Assembly: GCA_951406725.2 (NCBI GenBank)
Contig: OX597826.1
Coordinates: forward strand, 76,322,001 to 76,386,000
Source: Octopus vulgaris
Taxonomy: Eukaryota
Length of the DNA: 64,000 bases
Direction of reading: 5' to 3'
The position numbers and the translations under genes were made by a program. Positions 41,280 to 53,963 of the stretch are shown here, piece after piece. Below the pieces are notes generated by a model, which was not told the origin of the DNA, made no database searches, and worked only from the letters and a program-made list of their open reading frames with translations. The first letter of the stretch is position 1. Every line of letters starts with the position of its first letter.

Positions 41280-42056
41280 TTACATATATATAAGATGGAT
41301 GACCACTAAGTGGACATCTCTTATGCTAGACGTTGACCCATCCCTATGGTCTTACCACTAAGAAAGTAATGTTTTCAAGAAAATTTAGCAAACGCCAAAC
41401 CGTAAGCGTGCAAGACAAATGAAAAGATACAAAATATACAGATTAATCACAAACTAGTTTCGGTGTTACCACTTACGTAATCACTTACGTAGATGGCCGC
41501 AACTCGTCAGTGTGATCGTCATAGCAAAATACAATTTTCTTAAGAACATCCCTTTCTTAGTGGTAAGACCATATGTGGTCGACTTCTAGCATAAGAGATG
41601 TTCACTTAGTGGTCATACATCTTATATGTATGTTATATATAAATTGATATTAATATTAATCGAATTAATATTCAATTTTTCACCCTTATTAAATTTAAAT
41701 TTAAATAACTATGTTCTCTAACTGGCAAAATTCAGTGCAGAGAATTATTTTCTGCAGAATTATTTCCGGTATTTTGGCGCGCCAAAACGAAAACTGTATA
41801 TTTTGTATCTCTCCATTTGTCTTGCTCGCTTTTTGGCATTTGCTAAATTTCCTTAAGAACATTCCTTTCTTAGTGGTAAGGCCATAGACGGTCGACGTCC
41901 AGCATAAGAGATGTCCACTTAGTGGTCATCCCCCTTATATGTATGTAATATAATTTTTCTGAATCTTCAGATTTTTCTATATGCTAGACGATTGGTTTTA
42001 AATTGATATTAATCGAATTAATATTCAATTTTTCACCCGTATTATCTTAAATTTAA

Positions 42057-42060
<4 letters not shown>
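41280..42060. mobile_element. PLE-like terminal-repeat array: one inverted plus two direct copies, embedded in (TA)n
   Basis: tttcttagtggtaag.ccata...gcataagagatgt.cacttagtggtcat at 41285-41440(-), 41533-41630(+) and 41796-41950(+). Confidence 0.85.
41446..41516 (-). ncRNA. Type I hammerhead ribozyme motif, canonical core
   Basis: atcaca-CTGACGA-[long stem II closed by tacgtaa-gtga-ttacgta]-GAAA-ctag-TT-tgtgat; 6-bp stem I, palindromic AACTAGTT stem III. Confidence 0.8.
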
Positions 42061-42113
<53 letters not shown>

Positions 42114-42870
42114 TATATACATATATATATTAGTAGCCTCAATGTATAGATCCGAAAATAAAATTGTGGCTGCAGATAGTTTAGCGTATAAAGTAGTCGT
42201 AATATATGGATCATCATATAAGGTACTTTCAGTATATAAACGTATAAAGTGATTGGTTGTCGATGAGATTGAAAAGTTTCGATCGAAAATGAGGATTAAG
42301 TAATCTGATCATCGTCTTTTTATTTGTTTATTTGTTTATTCATTTGTTTTATTTATATATATCTTTTACACATGTGTGTAGTATGCAGAACACTCCTTTA
42401 GGATACCTTCTCTCAGCCATATTTTTAATATTTATTTCAGTTTATATTTCAATACATATTGTCCAGTCTTTGATTTTTTAAAAGACTTTTGCTACTGAAG
42501 AGTTCTGCTATCACTGAAACATGTCCGTTTTCCAAAGAACTCAGTCACTCAAACCTACACGACTGTATTGCCTTAAATTTCACTCACCTCGTCTTATGAG
42601 CTCTGTCCCTATATCCTGATACTTTTTAGAATATAAACGCCTTTAGAAAGAGTTTTTGCCTGCTGTTTGCTTGAATAATTATTCAATTATAATCGAGTGA
42701 GGGAAGATTTTTTTACTCAGTATGTGTGAAGCTGTACCTTATTTTTATTTAGAATGTACAACTCTTCCCTCGCGTACTTCATTTAGTCACAATGATCATT
42801 TTTAAAAACATTCTCAGTACATTTATTCTTCCCCGTTTCTCTCTCTATATATGAATGTGTGTGTATGTAC

Positions 42871-42915
<45 letters not shown>

Positions 42916-43061
42916 AACAGATATGCATGTATATAATATATACATATATGTATATATATATATACATACATACATACATACATATATGTATATCTGTATA
43001 TATACATGTATATCTGTATATATGTATATGTAGATAAGAAAGTTTGTTTGTGTATATATAC

Positions 43062-43101
<40 letters not shown>

Positions 43102-43160
43102 ATGTCAAAATGTATACATATATATGTATATATGCATATATACATGCATATATGTCAATA

Positions 43161-43209
<49 letters not shown>

Positions 43210-43226
43210 ATCTGCATATATGTATG

Positions 43227-43284
<58 letters not shown>

Positions 43285-43988
43285 TGCACATATATGTACG
43301 TGTGTATGAGTGTATGTATGTAACTATCTATATATGTATATATATACACGTACACATATACACAGACATGCACGTACACTCACGCTTTGTAGAAGTTTCG
43401 GGTATGCTTCCCGTAAGAGGTCTCGTTAAAATGGAATCCACCCCTTTCATCAGTTGGCTATAAAGTACGCGATCCACCCCAAATCTGCATTATCAATATT
43501 GCTTAGAATTCTCCTTCAGTTATATTTTACAACCAGGTATATAAACGCATACATGTGTATTTATGTATGTGTATATATAAATATATATATATGTATATAT
43601 TTATATATATATGTATATATATGAATATTGATCTATATATATTTACACACACACATATATACATATATGCAAATATATATATGTAAATATATATATATAT
43701 ATATATATATGCATATATACATATTTCCACGTATATACGTACCTATACGATGACATGTAGATATGCATAAACAGACACACAAGCACATACATACATATAT
43801 ACTTACATACTTACATACATACACACATACAACTCTAACATAGAGAGAAGCACTGCTACAAACACACACACACAAATACACATGCATATACACACAAACA
43901 TTAACACGCACATAATCATACTTACAGTATACATACATTTTATACAGATATGCGTACACACACACGGATACATACATACATACATACA

Positions 43989-44017
<29 letters not shown>

Positions 44018-44019
<2 letters not shown>

Positions 44020-45070
44020 TAAGATCCGAACCATTGATGTTAAACCCCGATAACAGTTAATCGCCATCATCAATTTCCACATCACCAGTGATACAGACCG
44101 CCCCTGGCTAAAAGGAAAACAAAGAGGCAGAGGTTTGCTATTGATTCAAACAGCCTTTTAATGTCGCATCCTTTTGACAGCATCAACTAACCACCAAGCA
44201 TCGGAGTGCATCCATGCATGAAGCCAACGTATATGAGGAAAATAGCATCATGAGAGTTGGAAAGGAGCTCCCTGACTGATGACCAGTGATATAGACCCAG
44301 GGAAGTTGCTTAGTTCCACCACGACAGAACATCGCATAAAAGGCTTTCTGTTTATCAACAGAAGGTCGTACACAGCTATGTTGTCGAAAAACCGTAGCAG
44401 TAATATAGATAGATAAGTAGAGGAGGCCATGATGGACCAACAACTGGTATTTAATCTCACTTTGAGGGATAAACTATTGCAATCCGGAAACAGCAAATAA
44501 CTACAAAATACGATATACAAGCAGGATAGTGATGCAGATAAAAAGGACCCTGTAGAATTAACAGCGAAGGTATTTCACATCATAAGCGGCTGAAGATGAA
44601 AATATACAAAATTATAATGATGTTGATGGCATATTTATCTACATTAAACGATACTTGTGAACTGTTCCTGGGAAAGCCTCTGTAAAATGAAAGCACAACA
44701 GACTTGGCATAATAATCTGGGAGAGAAAAAAGAAGGTTGCACACTATTGAATATTCGCAGACGTCAACATTATGGTAAATATAAAACCAAAAGAATATAT
44801 CTACGCTGAGCTAATCAGAAACCTGATGCTACTACAACTAGACTATTACTCTAAAAAAAATCCTTGCCTGCGATTATTGGGGTACTTGGCCATGTAACTA
44901 ATGGTACGTGGGCTAGTTTTGAGAAGTAAGGCTTCACAAAAGCCGAAAGGATGCGACGAAAGCAGAAATAACCGTTAGAAATCATTAATAAAACTGAAAA
45001 TATTTGGTGGTCTGCAAAGAAACCAACACAAGGAAGCCTGGGGAAAACTGCCGCAAAAACAAACATGAAA
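44018..45070 (+). pseudogene. R4/Dong-like non-LTR retrotransposon 3' fragment (RT end, zinc-knuckle remnant, restriction-like endonuclease)
   Basis: Manual translation gives IRTIDVKPR, NFHITSDTDRPWLKGKQRGRGLLLIQTAF, SHFEG*TIAIRKQQITTKY, HIISG, KHNR, KEYIYAELIRNL and PAIIGVLG, with many frameshifts and stops. Confidence 0.8.
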
Positions 45071-45074
45071 TACA

Positions 45075-45252
<178 letters not shown>

Positions 45253-45520
45253 ATTTCTTGTAATTGTCTAGTGTGGAGAAAGGAAGCCGTACCTATGACC
45301 TTTGCAGGTCTTCTGACCCGAGTGAAACAATATTTTTCTGGAACCACACACTAAGTGAACAGCTGCCAGAAAGGGAGTTGGAGGGAGCAGAAATTCTAGA
45401 AAGGAAGGATTGAAGTTAGGGTGAGACCGGAGGTTTTGAACACAAGGCTGGTAAAAGGAGAAAAGATGAGTAGGTTGGCAATGCTTGAGCTAGAGGTGGC
45501 ATACACATAACAATTGCAAG

Positions 45521-45625
45521 GAGCGAAAACACCTAAAGCTCTACGAGGCTCCGGCAGGGGGTGGTGGCCACCCCTGTTGTACTCTTTCGCCCCAACTTTC
45601 TCTCACTCTTTCTTCCTGTTTCTTG
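45521..45625 (+). mobile_element. SINE family C body fragment
   Basis: gagcgaaaacacctaaagctc...actctttcttcctgtttcttg matches 12235-12339. Confidence 0.85.
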
Positions 45626-46011
45626 ACAATTATTTTCGTGTATATGTTTTCGTTCATGTGCATTAACAACAAACTTAGACCGCTTTAGCTCTTATTTCTA
45701 GCAATGTAGGTGTTTCCTAACACCTTAATCACATTTAGTGACAATTATGATTCTCGTTTCTGGTGAAACATTGCAATCTGCTGTTTATATTAATTTTATA
45801 TACACACATTAGCGAATCACTTAATTAGCCAATAACTTGGATGATGAAAACATAAATACTAATAGCGAAACGGGTCCGAAAATAGCCAAACATATTTATA
45901 TCTGCCTATATGTTTATATAAAGGGAAAGTTTACGAAAATAAACAAAAGACGAATGCAGGTGGAGTACAAATAAACAAATGTATTAGTATAGCGCTCAGG
46001 AATAGAAAAAG

Positions 46012-46049
46012 TCTTTTACGTTTCGAGCCTACGCTCTTCTACAGAAAGA
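46012..46049 (-). ncRNA. Minimal hammerhead motif (U6 core variant) in a PLE-like terminal repeat (about 45918-46102)
   Basis: Minus strand tcttt-CTGTAGA-a-gagc-gtag-gctc-GAAA-cg-TA-aaaga; same stem II arms as the 31936 motif. Confidence 0.68.
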
Positions 46050-47373
46050 TACACGAAAAAAACAAGGAGAGAAAATATGCGTGTAGGAGCTAACGATCTA
46101 TCATACATATATATGTAATATGTATATACAGACAGGCACATACACATACCAGCATACATACGCATACAGACATACGTACATGTAAACACACTTAGGCACA
46201 AAAGCACACATATATACAAATATGCTTTCTCTACCATCCAGTGACACCATCCAATGATCTGATCACGCCAGTTGCGATTATTGAACTAGTAACTTGGGTC
46301 ATAGTAGCAGCACCATCACCGTCTTCCTTCCTTCTCCTCCTCTACCCCCACCACCGTCACCGCCGCCATCACTTTTACTTCTCCTCTGTGTCATTCCTTG
46401 TTTACCATCACTCCAGGAGTGCCAACACCACCACAGCCCAACCAACCCTCCACCGTCCTTCAAAGCACCACCCCTTCACTAGAACTCGAACCCCATTCCC
46501 TCTTTATCAATCTACCAGTTCACCACCCTACCACCCTTCTTCTACTTTCGCTTTCCTCTTCTGCATCTTCTAAGAATTCAAAACCATTCCAAGACTCTCG
46601 CTAAACATCGTCTCTTCCCCCTCCATCCTCACTGTCCAGGTTAATTACACGTTTTAGCTAAACACAACAACAAACAACACAAACAACAACCACAATAACT
46701 AAAACATTAGGAAAAACCATTACAACAAAAGGAACAGCAACAACAACATCAACCCAAACCACATCAACAACAATACCAACAATAACAATCAGAAAAAACA
46801 ACAAGCGCTGCAAAAGTAACCACAAAAGCCAAAAGCACCACAACAAAAATCGCAACCACAACAGACCGTACAACCATGAAAACAAGTATTCACTCCAAGA
46901 AGAGTCACAACAACCACGACTACAACCACCACAACAACAATAACACCAAGTAACATCTATGAAATACAGAAAAACAAAGATGAACCCCTCTCAAAGAAAT
47001 GTATATATAGTTTTAATTTTTCTATATATTTCATTTTAAATGAAATTTTGAATGTTAGATAATTAGTGTTGGTTTATTCAATTAGAAAACAAAACCTAAT
47101 GACGATGTAATTAGCAACTTGCACATTTTGTTTCTTAGTTTTTGTTTGCTTTTATGTTTAAATTCTTTGCTTGTTACGTAGAGTGTCTGCGTTCTTAATT
47201 TTTTCATTTATTTTATTTTATTTTATATTTTCATTTTATCCTATCTTTCTGCATTTTGCTTTATTTTTCAGCCGTTTGTTTGACGAAACAAGTTTATTGT
47301 TGCTTGAAAATAATACCTTCTTGATGGTATATCGAATATATGGTAGAATCACTTGTAATATTTTGATCTAAGA

Positions 47374-47636
47374 CAGTGGTTCCCAACCATTTTTTGGTTT
47401 CTGAACCCCTTGGATTCCTATTTTACGCGACTGGGACCTTCATTGCAATTTGATGTTTAAAAAAACATCCTACAATATTTTTATTATTAAAAAATTATCA
47501 GGAATCGTCAAAAACAAGCAATTAAAATATTTTGCGTATTGTCGAAGTATAAGCAATTTATTGCAAAAAAATTTTAAGAACGAAATATTTTATATGGGCC
47601 TTCAAGGGCCATATGGACACTGGTTGAGAAAAACTG
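47374..47636. mobile_element. hAT/Charlie-type MITE
   Basis: TIRs cagtggttcccaacc / ggttgagaaaaactg; degenerate 8-bp TSD atctaaga / gtctaaac similar to the NTCTAGAN target. Confidence 0.75.
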
Positions 47637-49386
47637 GTCTAAACGATGAATGGTGCTCACGATGAATGGTGTCGACAACAAATGAAAAGCCAAATGTTTC
47701 GGCGTTCATACCTTACCACACCATTTTAGAACCCTAGCTTTTCTTAAAACTACGCCGAGAACGGGATTCACCGACTGATTGCTTAGATACACAGTAGATG
47801 AGGAGAGATGAGTGTCTAAAAATCGTGTCAATGGATCGAGAATGTAGTTTACCGATTTCGAGATCCAGTTCCGATATTCCGCAAAAGATAGTTCCCCCCA
47901 CTTAAGAAATGACTTTAAGGAGTGTTCCCTCTGGACAACGCACAGCATTAATCAAGCGAGGATTCGAACTCAAACACCTAATGATTACTAGATGGCTAAT
48001 ACTTTACTAGTAGCTCAATTGCGAAGTTTCGCTAATGAAACTAGCCTTAAATTTATTTCTGTCCTAATTGGACAGTCTCCAGCTATTTAGTATTCGCTGT
48101 CCAATATTTTGAAGTTATAATCAGACAGTCACGTCTCATCTTTTTACTATTTGCAGCTTTTCAAAATTAGCCTTTTTAATTAATTTCACTCGCGTGAAAG
48201 AAGTGACATTTGACCTATTTCTGTGTGACCTTAACATCCCTGCCAGCCTGAAATCAGACTCAGAAAGACCAGACTCATTAGTTTCAGCTCTGTTTAAAAC
48301 TAATCGATTGAAGACATTATTAAAGAATGTTCTCTTCGCCAGAAATTGAGATGGAACCTTCATGCGCAGGTTTCAAGTCTTCAACACCTTAACGGAATTT
48401 TGGCAGAGGTGATTGTGTTTAAACTGTGAGTGTGAGGGTGCGGTGCCTATGTTACGATGAGGTCGGTTCTGCTACATCGATTCGATTCCCGGTTAAGCAT
48501 CGTGTTACTTTACTTCTCTTTATTCCTGTATTGATGTGGTAGATTAAAAAGAAAGGGATGCTACAGTTGCATGAGTTTAGTAGAAAGCTTCTGTATGGCT
48601 GCAAGAAATAACAGCCAAAATCTCCCTCAGATCACACTCTGTGACGTTAGATAAGGAAAAGACGTGTGGCAACATCGTCCTACACACTCGTAAACGAGAG
48701 GGAAAAAGAGAATTGCAAAGACTTTTATAGAATATGAAGATTGATAAATAATTATTTTATAGACTCTGGAAGGATGGAATAAAAAGTTAACTCCAACGTG
48801 ATTTGAAGACCGGTCGTAAAGAATCTGTAACTAGATACAAGACATATTTCCGATGCTCTACCGATTTTGCCCATTACTTAATAATTTCTTGCATTGGCGA
48901 AAAATACACATTTATGGGGGTAGAAACAGTTGGTTAAATCGACTCCCCGGGACTTGAATGAAACTGATTCTGGTAACTCAAGAATGATGGGAGGCTAAGT
49001 TTGCCTAGCAGAGATTCGAACTCCAAACATTCGAGGATATTGCTAAACACAACAAATTATGTTCCCCAGTACACTACTAAGATTATAACTCCCTGCAACC
49101 CACTCGCTTTCTACCGCAACTTAATCCCAAGTAGAAGTCTAAAGATTAAAATACAACATTGTTACATCAAAAAACCCCACAGGAGAGGCTGTAAAGGTCA
49201 CTCGATCCACTAAAAAGAGCAGCAAAATCTCTCTCTTTTGAAAGAGAAGTTATTGGACAATCTAACTATAAATGCACTAAAATTTAAGTGAAAGCGGGAT
49301 GGGCACGGATGAGCCTATGAGCATAGATCTGGCTGATCAAGGTTAGGCTAAGAAGAAAAAAGAAAAAAGGGGCATAAACCATAGCA

Positions 49387-49460
<74 letters not shown>

Positions 49461-49859
49461 CACCACCACCACCACTAATACTACTATACAGTTACTTAGC
49501 CATGAATTCATTCATACATACATACATAGATACAGACAGACATACATATACAAGCCAGTACTTGGTATGTTATTTCCGTTGCGAAAAACCCAATCACTCT
49601 AATCCCAGCAATTAATCTGAATCTCATCAAATTTTCATTAAATGTCCAGTTTGACTTCAACGAAATAAAGGACTTTGCAATAAAACTTGCTTAACATTTC
49701 AGTTTGGGAGGAGCTAGTTGTGGTATTTAATGGCCGGGATCATGATACTGAAGATGCCATGAAATGGTGACAGCAACACACCTAGTTTTGCTTTTTTTAA
49801 GTTTTTTTTTCTACATTTATTATTCTCCAGTGTTTTGTTGTAAAGGTTTTTTCTGAAAA

Positions 49860-50730
49860 CATTGCAAATTCTTTTTCCCATATCGCTCATAAGGCCTGTA
49901 GTATAATAGGTGGGTTATTGAGAATGGTGCTTTGAGAATTTGTCGTTGCAAATAGAGTTTCCAGGTTCATTTCTCTATGGCTTGTATGCATTAAAACATT
50001 GTTTTTTTTTAAAGTTACTAATTAGGCATTTCATTATCTTATCTAATTTATGCCTTTTAAAAACAACTACTCTAGGTTCAAGGTTTTGAATTTATCAAAG
50101 ATGAATTCTCCAATCTCATCGCAGACTTCTACCCCGTCAAAATATCCATCATAAGGATTGGTATCTTTTATTGATTCAGAGTATCCTTCGAAAAGCAGGG
50201 ACTTCCTTCTGTGTATGATCATATCAACATCGCAATAATTAATATTAGAACGTACCATTCCATATTCCAGCCGATTAGGGAAGAGAGAATTGAAAGACAG
50301 AGACGAAGTGTTCTACCACCTCAAGCGAGATTTTTAGCGCCACTATTGTTAGCGTCAGTTTTGCTAAAGACCGTCCCATGCCCACTTGGGTGTTATTCGA
50401 TAATCACAGTGTTACAGAACTTCTTAATTTTGTCATTGTTGTTTATTTTGCATGTGTTTTCAACTTCCCAGGGTGCAGCCTTTGTAGGAATTATGGGACT
50501 GCATTTGGTTAATGTTAGATGAGTTTTTAGTCTAAGGTCCCTTTTTTTTCGGTCTCATGCAGAAAGAAGATTAAGAGTCGTGATGTAAAATTTCGGTTTA
50601 GACTTTGCAATATTATTACTTTATTTAAAATCTTGCAGTGTAGATTGCTTCTGAGGGCGCTGTTTAAAAAATGTGGAATTTTTTTTCATCCATGGTAAGC
50701 AGATTTAGGATTTTATACGAAAGCATCGAA
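49860..50730 (-). pseudogene. Penelope-like reverse transcriptase remnant
   Basis: ORF 50067-50258 DMIIHRRKSLLF...GYFDGVEVCDEIGEFIF resembles the PLE RT motif RKSLLF...MGSFDGAEICELVGL; flanking KCSPIIPTK and NNPPIILQ fragments in the expected order. Confidence 0.72.
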
Positions 50731-51786
50731 AAGTATTGTTAAGTAGGACTAAGGGATTCTTCTCGAAAAAACTTGGGCGTCAGGCAATTTTTTAATGACG
50801 AACGCTCTCGAAATTTCACTTTAAATCTTAAAATAATGACAGCTTCTGAGACTTCGCTTTAAATCTCAACAAAGTAAAAATGGGAAGTTCAGATACATTG
50901 GATAAAACTTCACCCCTTTATTTTAAAAACCTTGTCGGCAACATAGATGAACAGATTTCCAGTATCTGCTCTGATAAAAGATTATTTGACAAAGCTACAA
51001 AGATTTAGGGTAAACATTTAGTTCTCCCGTGGATTTAATCTGGTTCAACCATTTATGCAGTACCAATGAGAAACACAGTATTGCCAGAATTTCGCTAAAT
51101 TGATTAATTAACGCCATAGACAAAAAAAATAACTGCTTTGCTTTCCAAATGAACAATCGAGCTTCACTAAGAAAATACAAACACCCGAGAGAGCAGAAAT
51201 TCTTTTTTCATCATAATTACATTCTACATGAAAACAATGTGCGTGAAATACCCGTCCCCACCCAATGCATTTCACATTAATTCCGATCTAAACGCATTCT
51301 CCACCATCTGAAACAAATTTGTAGAAAATTTCGTTAAGAATACCCATTCTTCATAAAGGTAAAATGAAGTAAATTTGGGATGGGGGCATCTTCTCTGGTT
51401 ATCCCCAATTGACGTAAGTAAACTAAAACCGCTTTTCTCTTTTGGTTTTCTGTTTCTTCAGCATCTCATAACAAATATGAAGGAATACTGGTACCAACAA
51501 AGTTTGGCAAACGTTGGATTAAAGTTAGAATTTGAAGAATATTTGGACAACTTTTACAATTTCAGAAGAAACTTAAACAAGGAAATTATAAAAAAGCTAT
51601 CTCTCAGTATATAATGACTATCTCGCAGTGAATGAAAATTAGTTTTGTGATTGAATAATGAAGCTGAAATATTCATTAATAAAAGAATATTGGAAACGGT
51701 GATAAAAATCTATTGAAATTGAAATTGGTAAGAATTTTCTAATCAGTATTGACTGAATAATTGCTTTCTTACATACTGCAAATTTA

Positions 51787-52193
51787 AAGGTGGCGAGCTG
51801 GCAGAAACGTTAGCACGCCGGGCGAAATGCTTAGTTGTATTTCGTCTGTCGCTACGTTCTGAGTTCAAATTCCACCGAGGTCGACTTTGCCTTTCATCCT
51901 TTCGGGGTCGATTAAATAAGTACCAGTTACGCACTGGGGTCGATATAATCGACTTAATCCGTTTGTCTGTCCTTGTTTGTCCTCTCTGTGTTTAGCTCCT
52001 TGTGGGTAGTAAAGAAATAGAATTAGGTATTTCGTTTGTCTTCATGTTTTGAGTTCAGATTCCGCTGAGGTTGACTTTGCCTTTCATCCTTTCGGGGACG
52101 ATAAATTAAGTACCAGTTGCGTACTGGGATCGATATAATCGACTGGGCCCTTCCTCCAAAATTTCGGGTCTTTTGCCTAAAGTAGAAATGAAT
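51787..52193 (+). mobile_element. SINE family A, two tandem copies
   Basis: ggcgagctggcagaaacgttagc head, gagttcaaattcc B box, gcctttcatcctttcggggtcgat central domain. Confidence 0.92.
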
Positions 52194-52282
52194 ATATATG
52201 AATTTATGTTAGTGGATATATAAATATATACTTATGAATATATATATGAATACATATTTATACTAAATACATTATATATACA

Positions 52283-53177
52283 CGAGGGGTACCGAAAAAT
52301 AACGGGAAACGTTCTTTGTGGTTCAAACTCGTTGTAGTTCAGTCTTCCACCGCTAGAAGTCACTTGTTTCGATCCCCAGGCATGAGTCTGCTGACCAGCG
52401 CCATCGTGTTGCGTCGTACAGTGACGTGGCGTCTATGTTTAGCAGTGTTTGTAGATTTTGGCGATGGCTGAAACGGAGGAACAGCGTGCTTCCGTGAAAT
52501 TCTGTTTTCTGCTGGGGAAAACGGCGGCCGAAACAGTTGTCACGTTTCAAACACTTTACAAGAACGCTGCCATGAGCCAAAACACAAGTTTACGAGTGGT
52601 TTTCCCCGCTTTAGGAATGGTCCCTTGTTTCTTGAAGACAAACTTCTCTCAGGGGGACCCTCAAACTCCTGAACGAATGAAAAGATTACGAAGATTTATG
52701 AACTGATCTTGGAGGACCATCACCGAACAACTGATGAACTTGTTGATATGACTGGTGATTCATGGGGTTCCTGCCAACGAATATTGAGGGAGGAATTGTG
52801 AATTAAAAGTGTTGCAGCAAAATTTGTGCCTCGCTTGCTCACGGATGAGCAAAAGCAGTCACGACTGAATGCGTGTCGCGAATTGAAAGAACAGTTGGAA
52901 GTTGGTCTGGACCTTTTTTCGAAGGTCATCACGGGTGACGAGAGCTGGTGCTACGGAATTTGCAAATGTGGGAGAGGTGAAGAAAAAAAACGACAGAGGC
53001 TTTAAAAGGCATCACTTCGCAAGAGTTCCAGCACTGTTTTGAACAGTGGAAAACGTGCTTGGGCCGGTGCATTGCTTTAAATGGAGAATGCTTTGAAGAT
53101 GATAAAAGTGTAAACATGTAAAACCAAGTGAATAAAATAATATTGCAAAATTCCGGTTTCTTCTGGGTCCCCCCTCG
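52283..53177 (+). mobile_element. Mariner transposon, internally deleted (895 bp)
   Basis: Imperfect TIRs cgaggggtaccgaaaaataacgggaa / ttccggtttcttctgggtcccccctcg; TA on the right, CA on the left. Confidence 0.92.
52464..53121 (+). pseudogene. Mariner transposase pseudogene
   Basis: MAETEEQRASVKFCFLLGKTAAET HTH start, AKFVPRLLTDEQK linker and ITGDESWCYG first catalytic Asp motif, fused to C-terminal FQHCFEQWK...RCIALNGECFE; frameshifts and stops. Confidence 0.92.
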
Positions 53178-53204
53178 TATGTGCATGCATATATATATAC
53201 ACAC

Positions 53205-53271
<67 letters not shown>

Positions 53272-53701
53272 TACACAAGCACACACATATTGTTGGCTGA
53301 CCTGGGACTAAACAGCAACTGCAGTTAAAGGAATGAGAGCACGATCGAACCCAGGAGTCTCCTCATGTCTGCTAAATCTTCTAGGAGTAATAGTTTTATT
53401 GCTTCAAATCATACAATGTCATCAGTGGACACTTTGGATAATAAATGTGATCCTATTGAAGCTGTACCGGAAAAAGACGTGGCTGTCACTATTGGGATCA
53501 ACTTGATTTCTGGTCTGCTTGGTACCATATCGATTCGCTCATAAACTAGCATTGAGCAAAATGTAAAATGTAAACAATGCTTAAACATTGAAAATATTTC
53601 ATATCTCGCTGGCAAGAAAGAGTATTTAGTAAGGCAGCAAGAACATGGACAAAGCCACAAAACCATGGGAAGCACCTTTCCCCATTTGCGGCAATTAGTA
53701 A

Positions 53702-53702
<1 letters not shown>

Positions 53703-53784
<82 letters not shown>

Positions 53785-53793
53785 CTACTGCCG

Positions 53794-53841
<48 letters not shown>

Positions 53842-53862
53842 TTACTACTGCTGCTGCTGCTG

Positions 53863-53934
<72 letters not shown>

Positions 53935-53963
53935 ATAATAATAATAATAATGATAATAGTAAT
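53703..53963 (+). repeat. (CTA)n/(CTG)n/(TAA)n trinucleotide array
   Basis: Direct inspection. Confidence 0.95.

Noticed and set aside
42491-42530. CTGAAGA...GAAAcatgTC hammerhead-like motif
   Set aside because: Core and palindromic stem III are present but stem I does not pair; at best a decayed relic.
43390-43457. Minus-strand CTGATGA...cccGAAAc
   Set aside because: No stem I or stem III pairing and no clear cleavage triplet.
44546-44555. accctgtaga matching the miR-10 5' end
   Set aside because: Only 10 nt match, no hairpin, and it lies inside the LINE fragment.
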